From Candidatus Kaiserbacteria bacterium RIFCSPHIGHO2_01_FULL_53_31 (GTDB lineage: Bacteria; Patescibacteriota; Minisyncoccia; Phycocordibacterales; Phycocordibacteraceae): a DNA stretch of 64,000 nucleotides. Where the stretch lies: contig MFKU01000005.1 of assembly GCA_001781095.1 (NCBI GenBank), forward strand, positions 3,651 to 67,650. The letters run 5' to 3'. Below, piece by piece: positions 9,460 to 19,099 of the stretch. The notes beneath the pieces were generated by a model. The model did no database searches, was not told where the DNA came from, and saw only the letters and a program-made list of their open reading frames with translations. The translations under genes and the position numbers were made by a program. Each line of letters opens with the position of its first letter. Position 1 is the first letter of the stretch.

Positions 9460-10134
9460 ATGCGATTATTACTCGTTGAAGATGAAGATCGTCTCGCCGA
9501 CATCCTCGCTGAGGGTCTCCGGCACAAAGGCTACGCCGTCGATACCATAAATGATGGTACGAAAGCCTATACCCGCATTTCGCTGCATCGCAATGATTAC
9601 GATCTGGTAATCCTTGATCTTATGCTGCCCGGCATGAGCGGGCTCGATATCTGCCGTCAGATGCGCGCAGAAGGGATCACCATTCCGATACTCGTGCTTA
9701 CTGCGAGAAATGAAGAGGAGCAAAAAGTGAATCTCCTTCTTGCAGGTGCTGACGACTATCTGGTGAAGCCATTCTCGTTCGAGGAATTAGCGGCTCGCAT
9801 TCAGGCCATCCTTCGCCGACCTATTGAATCCGTATCGACCGTACTCCGCGTGCTCGACATCGAACTTGATCCGGCAGAACACACAGTGAACCGAGATGGC
9901 GTTCCGCTGACACTCACCCTGAAGGAATTTGGGTTGCTTGAGTATTTCTTACGGCACCCGAATGAGGTAATAAACCGCGAAGATCTCATAGTGCATCTCT
10001 GGGATTTCAATTACGAGTCCTTCAGCAATGTCGTCGATGTGCACATAAAAAATCTTCGACGAAAGCTCGATATGGGATCCAAGCCAAGCATTCTTGAGAC
10101 CGTTCGCGGCATCGGATACCGACTGCGCGCATAG
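9460..10134 (+). CDS. OmpR/PhoB-family response regulator
   Basis: LVED..DLVILDLMLP..GADDYLVKPF receiver domain; VDVHIKNLRRKL..ETVRGIGY winged helix. Confidence 0.96.
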   Translation: MRLLLVEDEDRLADILAEGLRHKGYAVDTINDGTKAYTRISLHRNDYDLVILDLMLPGMSGLDICRQMRAEGITIPILVLTARNEEEQKVNLLLAGADDYLVKPFSFEELAARIQAILRRPIESVSTVLRVLDIELDPAEHTVNRDGVPLTLTLKEFGLLEYFLRHPNEVINREDLIVHLWDFNYESFSNVVDVHIKNLRRKLDMGSKPSILETVRGIGYRLRA

Positions 10135-10144
10135 CTCTCCGATA

Positions 10145-12247
10145 CTACAGTTTCTGTGTAGCAGCGTGCGGTACCTTACGTAGCACCGCTTCGATATCTT
10201 TTAGTCCTGCCGGCTTCGTAATGTGGTAATGGAACCCCGCCTGTTTTGCTCTCTCCTTATCTTCTGCCTGTCCATAGCCTGTAAGCGCGATTAAATAGTA
10301 AGGTTTTTTCTGTTCCTGCAACAGCTTGGCGACTTCATATCCATCAATATCAGGCAGCCCGATGTCGAGCAGGATAACCTCTGGTTCAAATTGGAGCGCC
10401 TTATCAAGTGCCTCAGAACCGGTGAGTACATACTCGGTAACATGTCCTCGAAGTTCCAGAAGGCGTGCGAGCGCCTTCGTTGCTCCCTCATTATCGTCGA
10501 CAATAAGAATCTTTAACGCCCCCTTGACTCGTCGAGACGGGCGACTGCGACTACGCAGCACAACCGCGCGGTCGCGCGCTGGCGAATCCTGGCTAACAGG
10601 CGTTGCGGACAGCGGCAACCGCACAATAAACTCAGACCCGCTATTCGTGCCAGCGCTCGCGACTTCAATTGTACCGCCATGCATCTCGACGAGCTGTCGA
10701 GTGAGCGCGAGGCCAACGCCGAGTCCCTCACTGCCTAATTGGCCCTGATTAATCTGGAAGAATGGTTCAAAGATTCGCCGTAACATATTCCGTGGGATGC
10801 CCATGCCAGTGTCGCGAATATGAATGATCGCCATGTCATCTTCGTGTCCGGCGATAATCTCAATAAACCCCGGCGGCTTGGTATATTTTGCCGCGTTGGT
10901 GAGAAGATTTACGAATATCTGTTCGAGTCGAGTCGGATCTGCATTAAGGAATAGCTCTTGGTCTGGGCGGGTGACAGAAAACGTGTGTCCATACCTTCGC
11001 ATGAGCGGTTGAATCGTAAGCACGAGCGTATCGATAAACCGATCCACAAGCACGGTTTCCTTGCGCAATTTTAATTTCTTTTGCGAGATGCGGGAAATAT
11101 CGAGAAGATCATCCAACAAATGAACCATCGTCTTAGCGCGTTCATTTATCGTCTCAAGCAGTTGAGCTAAATTTTTTGGAAGAGAGAGGACTTCCATATG
11201 AATCAGTTCAATTGAACTCAGAATAGTCGCCAATGGATTGCGTAATTCATGCGCAAGAACCGCGAGGAATTCCTTCTTGGCTTCGTCCTCAGAGCTGATT
11301 TTATGAAGCGCTATTTCTAGTTCACGGACATGCTCACCCAATGTCTCGAGGGCAAGTCTGCGTTCTTCGACGATAGCCGCAATCACAAGGAATACGCCGC
11401 TTACAGTCGCCATAAATGCCTGCAAATAGAGCAAGCCGACATTTGCAAACGGACCGTGGCCAAGAAGTGTGCCTGAAAGTGCAATGCTCGATGCAATCAA
11501 TATGGAAAGCGCAATTCCGCGCGGGCCAGTACGCAATGCTGCCCACGTGAGTGGAATGAAGAGATAATCGTCGTAGAGCGGTTGCGTCCTCCAAAAGATA
11601 TGGAGTGATGCCAGCGAAACTGAGGCGACGACGAGAATAAGTTCGCCTTGCTGCAATGGTGTCCGCTCGAAGAATGGTCTGTTGAACCACGTCAGAATGA
11701 ACGGCGCGAAAACAAGAATGCCCATGGCATCTCCCACCCACCATATGCTCCATGTCTCCGTGCCGGTTCCTGGGAGGGTGGCGCCCGTTATCTGCAGACT
11801 CACTAGCGCAATCGTCGCGGTAACAATCGGCACGAGAAGTGCACTTGCCACGATGCCCATATTGTCGCGAATTCGAAAGATGGATGGATGGAAATCGCTA
11901 TATCGTTTTACCAAAAGTGCGCCTGCAAGAGGTCCAACGACATTCCCAAACGCGATACCAAGCGCAGCGACAAAAGGCATGCCCACAGACAGAAATACTA
12001 GAAACGTTGCGGTCGCAATTGCCGGCCACACGCGATGTCCGAACAAAAGAAATGATGCAAGCGCGATCCCGGAAGGCAGCCACAGAAGTGTCGGCAAGGC
12101 CGCGCCCGTCTGCGTACTTAAACCAAACCGCGCAATAATCAAATAGACAAAGAAAATGCTCAATAAAATACCGATCCGGTCAGTGAATTGAGTACCTGGT
12201 TCGTTAGTCATAAATCCGCCCGGAAGCAGCCGCTCACGGCCGGTCAT
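10145..12247 (-). CDS. hybrid sensor histidine kinase (MASE1-HisKA-HATPase-REC)
   Basis: LWLPSG and WWVGDAMG MASE1 motifs; LAHELRNPL; NLLTNAAKY; GLGVGL; C-terminal receiver domain. Confidence 0.93.
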   Translation of the reverse strand: MTGRERLLPGGFMTNEPGTQFTDRIGILLSIFFVYLIIARFGLSTQTGAALPTLLWLPSGIALASFLLFGHRVWPAIATATFLVFLSVGMPFVAALGIAFGNVVGPLAGALLVKRYSDFHPSIFRIRDNMGIVASALLVPIVTATIALVSLQITGATLPGTGTETWSIWWVGDAMGILVFAPFILTWFNRPFFERTPLQQGELILVVASVSLASLHIFWRTQPLYDDYLFIPLTWAALRTGPRGIALSILIASSIALSGTLLGHGPFANVGLLYLQAFMATVSGVFLVIAAIVEERRLALETLGEHVRELEIALHKISSEDEAKKEFLAVLAHELRNPLATILSSIELIHMEVLSLPKNLAQLLETINERAKTMVHLLDDLLDISRISQKKLKLRKETVLVDRFIDTLVLTIQPLMRRYGHTFSVTRPDQELFLNADPTRLEQIFVNLLTNAAKYTKPPGFIEIIAGHEDDMAIIHIRDTGMGIPRNMLRRIFEPFFQINQGQLGSEGLGVGLALTRQLVEMHGGTIEVASAGTNSGSEFIVRLPLSATPVSQDSPARDRAVVLRSRSRPSRRVKGALKILIVDDNEGATKALARLLELRGHVTEYVLTGSEALDKALQFEPEVILLDIGLPDIDGYEVAKLLQEQKKPYYLIALTGYGQAEDKERAKQAGFHYHITKPAGLKDIEAVLRKVPHAATQKL

Positions 12248-12326
12248 AACTATATAGCATCAAATCATAATTGTATTGTCTGCATGGAGAAATCATGAAG
12301 ACGTATTCTCGAACCCCCCTAGCCGT

Positions 12327-12878
12327 CTACTGTAGATTCTCTTTGAGGCATGAGAGCACTGTGCTTGCGTCTGAGACCTCGAACGGGTCGTCGGGGCAAT
12401 TATCGGAAAAGCCCAGTTCGACAAAGAGTTTCTTAATAACACTATCATCCACGTACATGGCGTAGCGCCAGGAGCGTTGGCCAAAACCGAGATTCTCTTT
12501 TTTCACTAGCATTCCCATGGCTTTAGTGAAGTGGCCATTACCATCGGGGAGCATTTTCACTTTTTTCACGCCCTGCTTATCAGCCCACTGCTTCATCACA
12601 TAGGCGTCGTTCACCGCAATGCAATATATATCATCGATGCCGAGCGATTTGAAGTCGTCATATACCGCTTCATAGCCGGGGAGATGTGTTGACGAACAGG
12701 TAGGCGTAAATGCTCCGGGCAAGCTAAATGCTACGATCTTTCTGCCCGCGAAGATTTCCGATGTTGTAACATCCTGCCAGCGGTAGGGATTCTCACCTCC
12801 GACCGATTCGTCGCGAACGCGCGTTTTGAATACGATGTCTGGCACTCGGTCGCCCTCGTGCAATGGTTCATGTGTCAT
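12327..12878 (-). CDS. peroxiredoxin (Prx5/PrxII type)
   Basis: PGAFTPTCS, VNDAYVM, GQRSWRY motifs. Confidence 0.93.
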   Translation of the reverse strand: MTHEPLHEGDRVPDIVFKTRVRDESVGGENPYRWQDVTTSEIFAGRKIVAFSLPGAFTPTCSSTHLPGYEAVYDDFKSLGIDDIYCIAVNDAYVMKQWADKQGVKKVKMLPDGNGHFTKAMGMLVKKENLGFGQRSWRYAMYVDDSVIKKLFVELGFSDNCPDDPFEVSDASTVLSCLKENLQ

Positions 12879-12943
12879 GGGTGTATAGATAAAACGCTGA
12901 TGCTAATAAACTGTGTTCAGTATAACAAATTGGCCTTCCGCCG

Positions 12944-13858
12944 TTAATCAAATAGAGAAATGAGGTAGTTGTCTATAGCGCGCTGGTCCAGCGTGTAGAA
13001 ATATTTCCCTGATCGGTGGAGATCGGTAGCAAGCTTGACACCCACGAAGCGCCAGTGCCACGGCTCGAATACGTAATAGCCATTATTTTTAGGATACGAG
13101 AGAACGAATCCGTAACGATAAGCGTTATCGCTAACCCATGTATAAGCCGCCGTACGATCGAATCCGTCGAGTGCGCCGCCCGTGCCGGTAGTCATGAGAT
13201 CTACGGTAGTGCCGAGCTGATGTTCGGAGTACCCCTGGTCCGCAGAAAATTGATTTGCCGTGCCCGCGCCATAGGTGACGGCATATTGTCCCTTTAGAGC
13301 TTCCTGGGTCGCAAACGATCGATATGCGGAATCTACATAGAGTTCCACACCGTCATCCTTAGCTCGGTCCAACATCTTTTTTAAATAGGGAAGAACTTCA
13401 GGAATAATCTGCAGAAGTTTCTTCTCGGTGTAGCGGAATTCGACGGGAATCTCGACAAGTCGGGCCGGGGCATAATTATCGCTAAGGAAAAACACTTTGG
13501 AGTATTTTGCTAATAGTTCGGGATCGGTCTTGCTCAACTTTTGCAGGTCCGTCACCGTACCAGTAATTGAGCCAACCTGTTCTTGGACACCGCCAAGCTG
13601 TGTTTGTACATTTTGGTTCTGTCGCTCGATCGCTGATCCGAGAGAAGAGGTTGCTTCGGCGATATTGCCCTGAAGAAGCGCCGTCGTTGAGGCGAGCTCT
13701 GCGTCAAGCTCTACAAGCTGCGATGAAAGAGAATTGAGACGAGTGTAGCCATACCACGACGCAACAGCGATGAGCGCGATAACGACGATGAATCCCGCAG
13801 TCGTGAGCTCCATGCCAAGGATCATGTTTCGTGTGAATTTCCCGCCCGGCGATTGCAT
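12944..13858 (-). CDS. M15B (VanY-like) D,D-carboxypeptidase with TM and coiled coil
   Basis: SAYRS..Q, SEHQLG..D, EPWHWR motifs; start placed 6 nt after TATACT. Confidence 0.9.
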   Translation of the reverse strand: MQSPGGKFTRNMILGMELTTAGFIVVIALIAVASWYGYTRLNSLSSQLVELDAELASTTALLQGNIAEATSSLGSAIERQNQNVQTQLGGVQEQVGSITGTVTDLQKLSKTDPELLAKYSKVFFLSDNYAPARLVEIPVEFRYTEKKLLQIIPEVLPYLKKMLDRAKDDGVELYVDSAYRSFATQEALKGQYAVTYGAGTANQFSADQGYSEHQLGTTVDLMTTGTGGALDGFDRTAAYTWVSDNAYRYGFVLSYPKNNGYYVFEPWHWRFVGVKLATDLHRSGKYFYTLDQRAIDNYLISLFD

Positions 13859-13928
13859 TCGACCAGTATACTCTGACCGATACGTTATGCACCAATGTGG
13901 TATTCTTGTATGCATATTCGTAACTCGT

Positions 13929-14417
13929 ATGAATATGGATACTAAGACAAGCGTCGGCGTTGCTGCTGCAATAATTATCGTAGGCGCTGGCGCGTATTAT
14001 ATGCTCGGACGCACCGCTCAGGCTCCGGTGAGTCAAGGTACCGAGTCTTCTCTCGGTGCGCTCTTGGCGGCAGGAGTAGCGCAAAAATGCACATTTTCGG
14101 ACGAGCAATCGTTGTCGTCCGGAACGGTGTATATCGCGAATGGAAAGGTACGCGGCGATTTCGCCGCTGATGCAAATGGAGAGAACATGCAGGTGCACAT
14201 GATTGGCGATGGCATCACCATGCACACATGGGTCGAAGGCATGTCGAGCGGCTTTAGGACTATGATGAATGCTAGAGCGTCGTCCGGATCGCCCGCGCAG
14301 AGCTTCGACACGAATAAGCAGATGAACTACAACTGTTCTCCGTGGAGCACAGACAATGCACTATTCGTATTGCCCTCGGGGGTCATCTTCAGTGAGACAG
14401 GCATACCTGCGCTCTAG
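13929..14417 (+). CDS. membrane-anchored hypothetical protein
   Basis: N-terminal TM; C...G..Y...GKVRGDF...C..W..D..F..P pattern; start moved to the ATG at 13929. Confidence 0.7.
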   Translation: MNMDTKTSVGVAAAIIIVGAGAYYMLGRTAQAPVSQGTESSLGALLAAGVAQKCTFSDEQSLSSGTVYIANGKVRGDFAADANGENMQVHMIGDGITMHTWVEGMSSGFRTMMNARASSGSPAQSFDTNKQMNYNCSPWSTDNALFVLPSGVIFSETGIPAL

Positions 14418-14598
14418 ACCATTTTCCTCTCGTTCATTTCTCAATGCTGTTACATCTCCGGCATCGGCAGTATATGGCGTACCGTGCAAAATTACCCTAT
14501 TGAAAATTCATCGTATCTTTTTGTGCCTTGGGTAATGATTATCATGGTCGATTGCGAGTTGGTTCAGAAAATTAACAGAAATAATATGCATAAACTAT

Positions 14599-14781
14599 AT
14601 GTGGCAGAATTATGTAAATGCGTTGCTCGGACTCGCCGTGATTGTCGTGGCGTTCCTTGGACTCGAGGGTGTGACGCTTAGCTGGACGCTCGGTATCCTT
14701 GGTGCGGCCGTTCTCATTCTCGGTCTCTGGAGTGCAACGCGAACGTCGTCAATAACCGAGTTGGAGCAACGGCACGCCTAA
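14599..14781 (+). CDS. small two-TM protein (SPW-repeat-like)
   Basis: WQNYVNALLGL...WTLGILG. Confidence 0.65.
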   Translation: MWQNYVNALLGLAVIVVAFLGLEGVTLSWTLGILGAAVLILGLWSATRTSSITELEQRHA

Positions 14782-15010
14782 ACGAATGGTGTAGCAGCAC
14801 GGGAGGAAGGATCGTGAAATAGGAAAAGGGTAAAGTGGAGAGTGGTGGCCTAATCGTAAAGCGTCTTTTGATGAGCAGGAATAGTGACGCCGGCGTGTTT
14901 GTGTCTACCCTACGCTATATGATGTTTCTCATATACTGGTGATATCGGCACACCCGACTGTACGCTCTGTTACACTACGTACCAGTTACCATTAATATTA
15001 TAAGCTTTAC

Positions 15011-15376
15011 ATGACTTCTGATAAGAAAATCGAATGGCTGTTGCGTGTCGGTGTCGCGGGGGAATTTGCAGGACACGGGCTTCTCGCGATACAGGGAAAG
15101 AAAGATTGGATAGGATGGATAAGCCAAATGACTTCTGCCGATGCGTCCACGGCCACGACGTTGCTTCTTCTCGTCGGCATTGTCGATGTCGTACTCGCAC
15201 TCATAGTCCTCGTGCGACCCATTCCCGTCTTGTTGCTCTGGATGGCTTTCTGGGGCTTCTGGACTGCCCTTGTCAGGCCGCTCGTTGGGGCTGGGTGGCT
15301 AGACTTCGTCGAACGTTCTGCCAATTGGGCGGCGCCACTCGCTCTCTACTACGTCTACAAGTCGAGAGCACGATAG
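15011..15376 (+). CDS. DoxX-like membrane protein
   Basis: WLLRVGVA..F.GHG, three to four TMs, FVERSANW. Confidence 0.7.
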   Translation: MTSDKKIEWLLRVGVAGEFAGHGLLAIQGKKDWIGWISQMTSADASTATTLLLLVGIVDVVLALIVLVRPIPVLLLWMAFWGFWTALVRPLVGAGWLDFVERSANWAAPLALYYVYKSRAR

Positions 15377-15393
15377 GGCGCGCGTCGCGGCCA

Positions 15394-15849
15394 TCATTGC
15401 ACGACGACCGTGCCAACATCGGTCGGGTTGCCGTGATTGTGATAGCCCCATGTTCCGGCTTTTTGGAATGTGAATGAATAGGTCGCGCCGATTCCGCATT
15501 GATCGAATGCGGTCCGCGTGGTATCCGGGCAATGCTGTGCGCGGGTGGTCCCGCTGTAGCCTTCATGCGTAGGGTGTGGAGCAGAAGCTACCCACATCCC
15601 ATCCCCGCCTTGATTTACGAATGTTACGGTGCCTCCTTTTACGATAGTGACTGTCGAGGGAGAGAATCCATTCGGTCCATAGGTTACCTGCGCGTTCGTT
15701 GGTTTTGTATTATTAGTCGCTGGAGAATTAATGATGCCCATATTCTGGACGTCGGCAGCCGGCGTTGAGAAGCTCCCGTCATACACGTACCAGCCAAATG
15801 CTACGACGATAACAATGATTATGGCCCAGATGATCGTTGCTGTTTTCAT
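15394..15849 (-). CDS. cupredoxin (plastocyanin-like) domain protein
   Basis: GFSPSTVTI..G.TVTFVN, VASAPHPTH, YSFTF..GTWGYHNH. Confidence 0.85.
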   Translation of the reverse strand: MKTATIIWAIIIVIVVAFGWYVYDGSFSTPAADVQNMGIINSPATNNTKPTNAQVTYGPNGFSPSTVTIVKGGTVTFVNQGGDGMWVASAPHPTHEGYSGTTRAQHCPDTTRTAFDQCGIGATYSFTFQKAGTWGYHNHGNPTDVGTVVVQ

Positions 15850-15977
15850 GTCTGTAACGCTAGACTGCGCAGGGTGAAGTTTCCGTGAGGGTTCCCTTGC
15901 CTAGATCAAGGTGCTATACCTACTAATGGACGAGAGGTAGTTGGCATGAGAGAGTCTAGCGACAAGGGAGGTGACCT

Positions 15978-16166
15978 ATGGCAGTCAAGTGTCCTCATTG
16001 TGGATATGAAAGTAAGCATCATATTCTCATGGATCCGTCACACAACGTGATGCAGTGCGTAGTTTGCACACATCCTTTCAGAAAGGGGGAGAAGAAAAAT
16101 GTCGCGACGATGCTTGAAACACTGGATAGTTATCCTGTTGCCGGTTGCGGTCACAGTGACCGCTAA
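15978..16166 (+). CDS. small zinc-ribbon protein
   Basis: CPHC...CVVC; GGGAGGTGA SD. Confidence 0.6.
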   Translation: MAVKCPHCGYESKHHILMDPSHNVMQCVVCTHPFRKGEKKNVATMLETLDSYPVAGCGHSDR

Positions 16167-16329
16167 CCTTCCGGACTCATTTCGCAGACAATGTCCTAAC
16201 CCGATCTTTCTTCGTGCGAAGATTGTCGGCGGGCAAGTCGTTGTCGAGTTTTTGTGCGATAAGAAGAGTGAGGGCGATGATCAACGCAACATGGAAACAC
16301 GGCCGATCAGCACTTCTCAGGTTCGGTGA
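16099..16329 (+). CDS. hypothetical small protein (overlaps the previous ORF)
   Basis: GGGGGAG upstream; followed by a terminator-like hairpin at 16351-16374. Confidence 0.3.
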   Translation: MSRRCLKHWIVILLPVAVTVTANLPDSFRRQCPNPIFLRAKIVGGQVVVEFLCDKKSEGDDQRNMETRPISTSQVR

Positions 16330-16402
16330 CGCGGTACCTTCTGTTCCTTAAAAGTCGCACCCGCGTGCGGCTTTTAAGTTTTCCACCGCTTCACCTTGTC
16401 TT

Positions 16403-16418
16403 TAGAACGTTCGTTCTA
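16403..16418. promoter_or_regulatory. LexA (SOS) box, GAAC-N4-GTTC type
   Basis: TAGAAC-GTTC-GTTCTA between the -35 TTGTCT (16396) and -10 TATACT (16420) of lexA. Confidence 0.8.
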
Positions 16419-16431
16419 GTATACTGTGGCT

Positions 16432-16995
16432 ATGCAAAGACCTGAGGAAAAGATTGCATCCTTTTATCATAAGCGTCATCGGATGCCTTCGTACAGCGAG
16501 CTCGCTACCCTGCTCGGCTATAAGAGTAAAGGCGCCGTCGCATACGTTGTTGAACGCCTGATCAGTGAAGGAGTGTTGCAGAAGGATCGTACGGGCCGTC
16601 TTCTCCCGGGCTCTCTCGCGGAAGGTGTACGAATGTTGGGGTTAGTCGAAGCGGGGTTCCCCTCGGCCGCAGAGGAGGAGTTGCTCGATGTCATGGACTT
16701 CGACGAGTATCTCACTCCCAACAAAGAGTCGAGTTATGTGTTGAAGGTAAAAGGCGATTCGATGATCGATGCGGGGATTCAGGAAGGCGATATGGTGATA
16801 GTCGAACGTCGGCAGACCTACAAGCCCGGACAGATAGTGATTGCATCGGTCGACGGCGAATACACCATAAAATACCTGCGAAAGGAGCGCGAGCTGTACT
16901 ATCTCGAGCCGGCCAATGTGAAATATAAGTCAATCTATCCGAAAGACCGCCTCACCATCGAAGCGGTTGTAACGGCAGTCGTGCGTAAGTATTGA
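16432..16995 (+). CDS. lexA: LexA repressor
   Basis: PSYSELA..LG..S winged helix; VEAGFP cleavage site; GDSM Ser and TIK Lys dyad. Confidence 0.9.
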   Translation: MQRPEEKIASFYHKRHRMPSYSELATLLGYKSKGAVAYVVERLISEGVLQKDRTGRLLPGSLAEGVRMLGLVEAGFPSAAEEELLDVMDFDEYLTPNKESSYVLKVKGDSMIDAGIQEGDMVIVERRQTYKPGQIVIASVDGEYTIKYLRKERELYYLEPANVKYKSIYPKDRLTIEAVVTAVVRKY

Positions 16996-16996
16996 T

Positions 16997-18304
16997 ATGG
17001 CATGGGGGTCTTCTTCGTCGTTCCCGCGCGCTATTCTCCACATCGACGGAGACGCGTTCTTCGCCGCCTGTGAAGTGGCCAAGGATCCGAGCCTGCGCGG
17101 CAAGCCCGTTATCACGGGCAAGGAACGCGGCATCGTCTCGGCCGCTACGTATGAGGCGAAGGCCTGCGGTATTAAACGCGGTATGATCCTTTCCGAGGTC
17201 AAAAGGATTTGCCCCGAAGCGGTTATTCTACCGTCCGACTACGAGACCTATAGTCTTTTCTCCGAGCGTATGTACGCCGTCGTGAGGCGCTATACACCGG
17301 CGGTCGAGGAGTACAGCATTGATGAATGCTTCGCCGATCTCACGGGCCTGCGCCGCTCGCTCCATATGTCATACCCGCAGATAGCGAAAAAGATTAAACA
17401 ACAGCTCGATCACGAGCTCGGCATGACCTTCTCTATCGGGGTATCAGTGACCAAGACTCTCGCAAAAATTGGCTCTAAATGGAAGAAACCTTCAGGACTG
17501 ACCATCATTTCGCTCCGCGATGCGCCCCAATATCTGAAGATTATCCCCACGGGCGCTGTCTGGGGTATTGGTCCGCAAACATCCGCCTTTCTGCAAAAGT
17601 TTGGCATCACAACGGCACTTGATTTCGCGTGCAGAGATAAATCCTGGATACAAGCGCATGTGTCGAAACCATTTTACGAAACATGGCAGGAATTAAACGG
17701 AGTGATGGTGAATGAGCTTAACCTCACCGGGCGAGAGACGTACCAGTCGATAAGTAAGACCAAGACCTTCACACCGCCCTCAACTGACTCGGCGTTCGTA
17801 TATGCGCAGCTCTCAAAGAATGTTGAAAATGCCTGTATCAAAGCGCGACGGTGGAAGCTCTCAACGCCGCTCGTCTTCTTCTTCCTAAAGACGCAAGATT
17901 TTCATTACCACGGCTATGAAGTCTCGTTGCCGTTCCCAACCTCGAACCCGCTCGATATACTGCGAGAAATAAACATCTATTTCCCCCGTGTATTTAAAAA
18001 GAGCGCTCGATACCGAGCGACCGGCGTCACGCTTATTAACCTTACTGAAGAGGGAACCCTACAGCTCGATCTCTTCGGCGCTGTCAGGGAGTCGGAGGGA
18101 GTTAAACAAGTGTTCGAGAGTACTGATAAGCTCGCAGAACGGTACGGCAAGCACGTCGTCTTTCTCGGTTCAAGCTTCGAAGCTATGGGCAACGCGGCGC
18201 ATCTCGGAGAACGCGGAGATGTTGCCGCGCGCGCGTCAAACTTATTTAAGGGAGAAACAAAGCGCCGGCGGTTAGCGATACCGATGCTTGGCAGCGTACA
18301 ATAA
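16997..18304 (+). CDS. dinB: Y-family DNA polymerase (DinB/UmuC-like)
   Basis: HIDGDAFFA, YEAK..G, SIDECF, KTLAKIGS..KPSG, QLDLF clamp-binding motif. Confidence 0.92.
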   Translation: MAWGSSSSFPRAILHIDGDAFFAACEVAKDPSLRGKPVITGKERGIVSAATYEAKACGIKRGMILSEVKRICPEAVILPSDYETYSLFSERMYAVVRRYTPAVEEYSIDECFADLTGLRRSLHMSYPQIAKKIKQQLDHELGMTFSIGVSVTKTLAKIGSKWKKPSGLTIISLRDAPQYLKIIPTGAVWGIGPQTSAFLQKFGITTALDFACRDKSWIQAHVSKPFYETWQELNGVMVNELNLTGRETYQSISKTKTFTPPSTDSAFVYAQLSKNVENACIKARRWKLSTPLVFFFLKTQDFHYHGYEVSLPFPTSNPLDILREINIYFPRVFKKSARYRATGVTLINLTEEGTLQLDLFGAVRESEGVKQVFESTDKLAERYGKHVVFLGSSFEAMGNAAHLGERGDVAARASNLFKGETKRRRLAIPMLGSVQ

Positions 18305-18316
18305 AATTACGCCCTA

Positions 18317-18544
18317 TTACACTGGACGCGAGCGCAGCCAGTCCATGACCTTTTTACGATGCAGATCAAGCGACCATACGTTGTCAGATTTGAACAGCGT
18401 GCTGTGAGCGGTTCTGAATTCACCGAGGAGAGCGGCTGATACGCGCGGGAATGCGATAGGGAGATTCTCATTGTAGAGCTTCATAAAATCCAGTAGGGAA
18501 TGTGACGCTTCACTCCTCTCCTTATCAAGATCGCGCGTTCTCAT
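18317..18544 (-). CDS. hypothetical protein
   Basis: F...YN..P.FP...F....WSLDLHRKKVMDWL; start 6 nt after an extended -10 TGGTATATT. Confidence 0.7.
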   Translation of the reverse strand: MRTRDLDKERSEASHSLLDFMKLYNENLPIAFPRVSAALLGEFRTAHSTLFKSDNVWSLDLHRKKVMDWLRSRPV

Positions 18545-18600
18545 ATTCCAAATATACCACATTACTACTGAATTGAACAGTATACCGAGCGATCAAATAA

Positions 18601-18633
18601 CCGCCCTGAGCAGAGACGGCTCTGTCAGGGCGG
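18601..18633 (-). terminator. hairpin, member of the GGCTCTGTCAGG family
   Basis: ccgccctgagcagag-acgg-ctctgtcagggcgg downstream of 18660..18941. Confidence 0.6.
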
Positions 18634-18659
18634 CGGGAAGTTCGATAGGTTACCGGTCA

Positions 18660-18941
18660 TCATTGCGGGGGCTCTTTTCTGAATGCCTCCGCAATGAGGA
18701 AATCGGCAGCCTTACGAATTGCCATCGCTTCAATCTCGCTCCATGGAGCGGAAGCCGCGTACACCACGCACGCCTGGCCGATATTTGTTGATCCAAGCAG
18801 GAGAGTTCTGAGGCGCTCAAGGTGAGGAATCTGCACCAAGCCCAGGGCATCCAGGATATTTTCTGGATTTATGCCGGTACGCTTTGACAGCTCATCAGCT
18901 ACAGCTTTCGTATACTTACCATTTGGCCCCATCATCATCAC
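18660..18941 (-). CDS. hypothetical protein (ORFan cassette)
   Basis: TTGACA-16-TACTCT promoter, GGAGGTG SD, own terminator. Confidence 0.65.
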   Translation of the reverse strand: MMMMGPNGKYTKAVADELSKRTGINPENILDALGLVQIPHLERLRTLLLGSTNIGQACVVYAASAPWSEIEAMAIRKAADFLIAEAFRKEPPQ

Positions 18942-19099
18942 CTCCGCTAGCAGAGTAACTTTTGCAAGACTATTGTCAATTTAAGTTACTGCGCAGACGT
19001 TCACTTCTCTGGTGGTTTGCTATTCGAAAACATTTTGGTATAGTGCCTCGAGGGCGTTCCTCGAAGACCGTAACGACAGGATAGGAAGGGAGGATTTCG

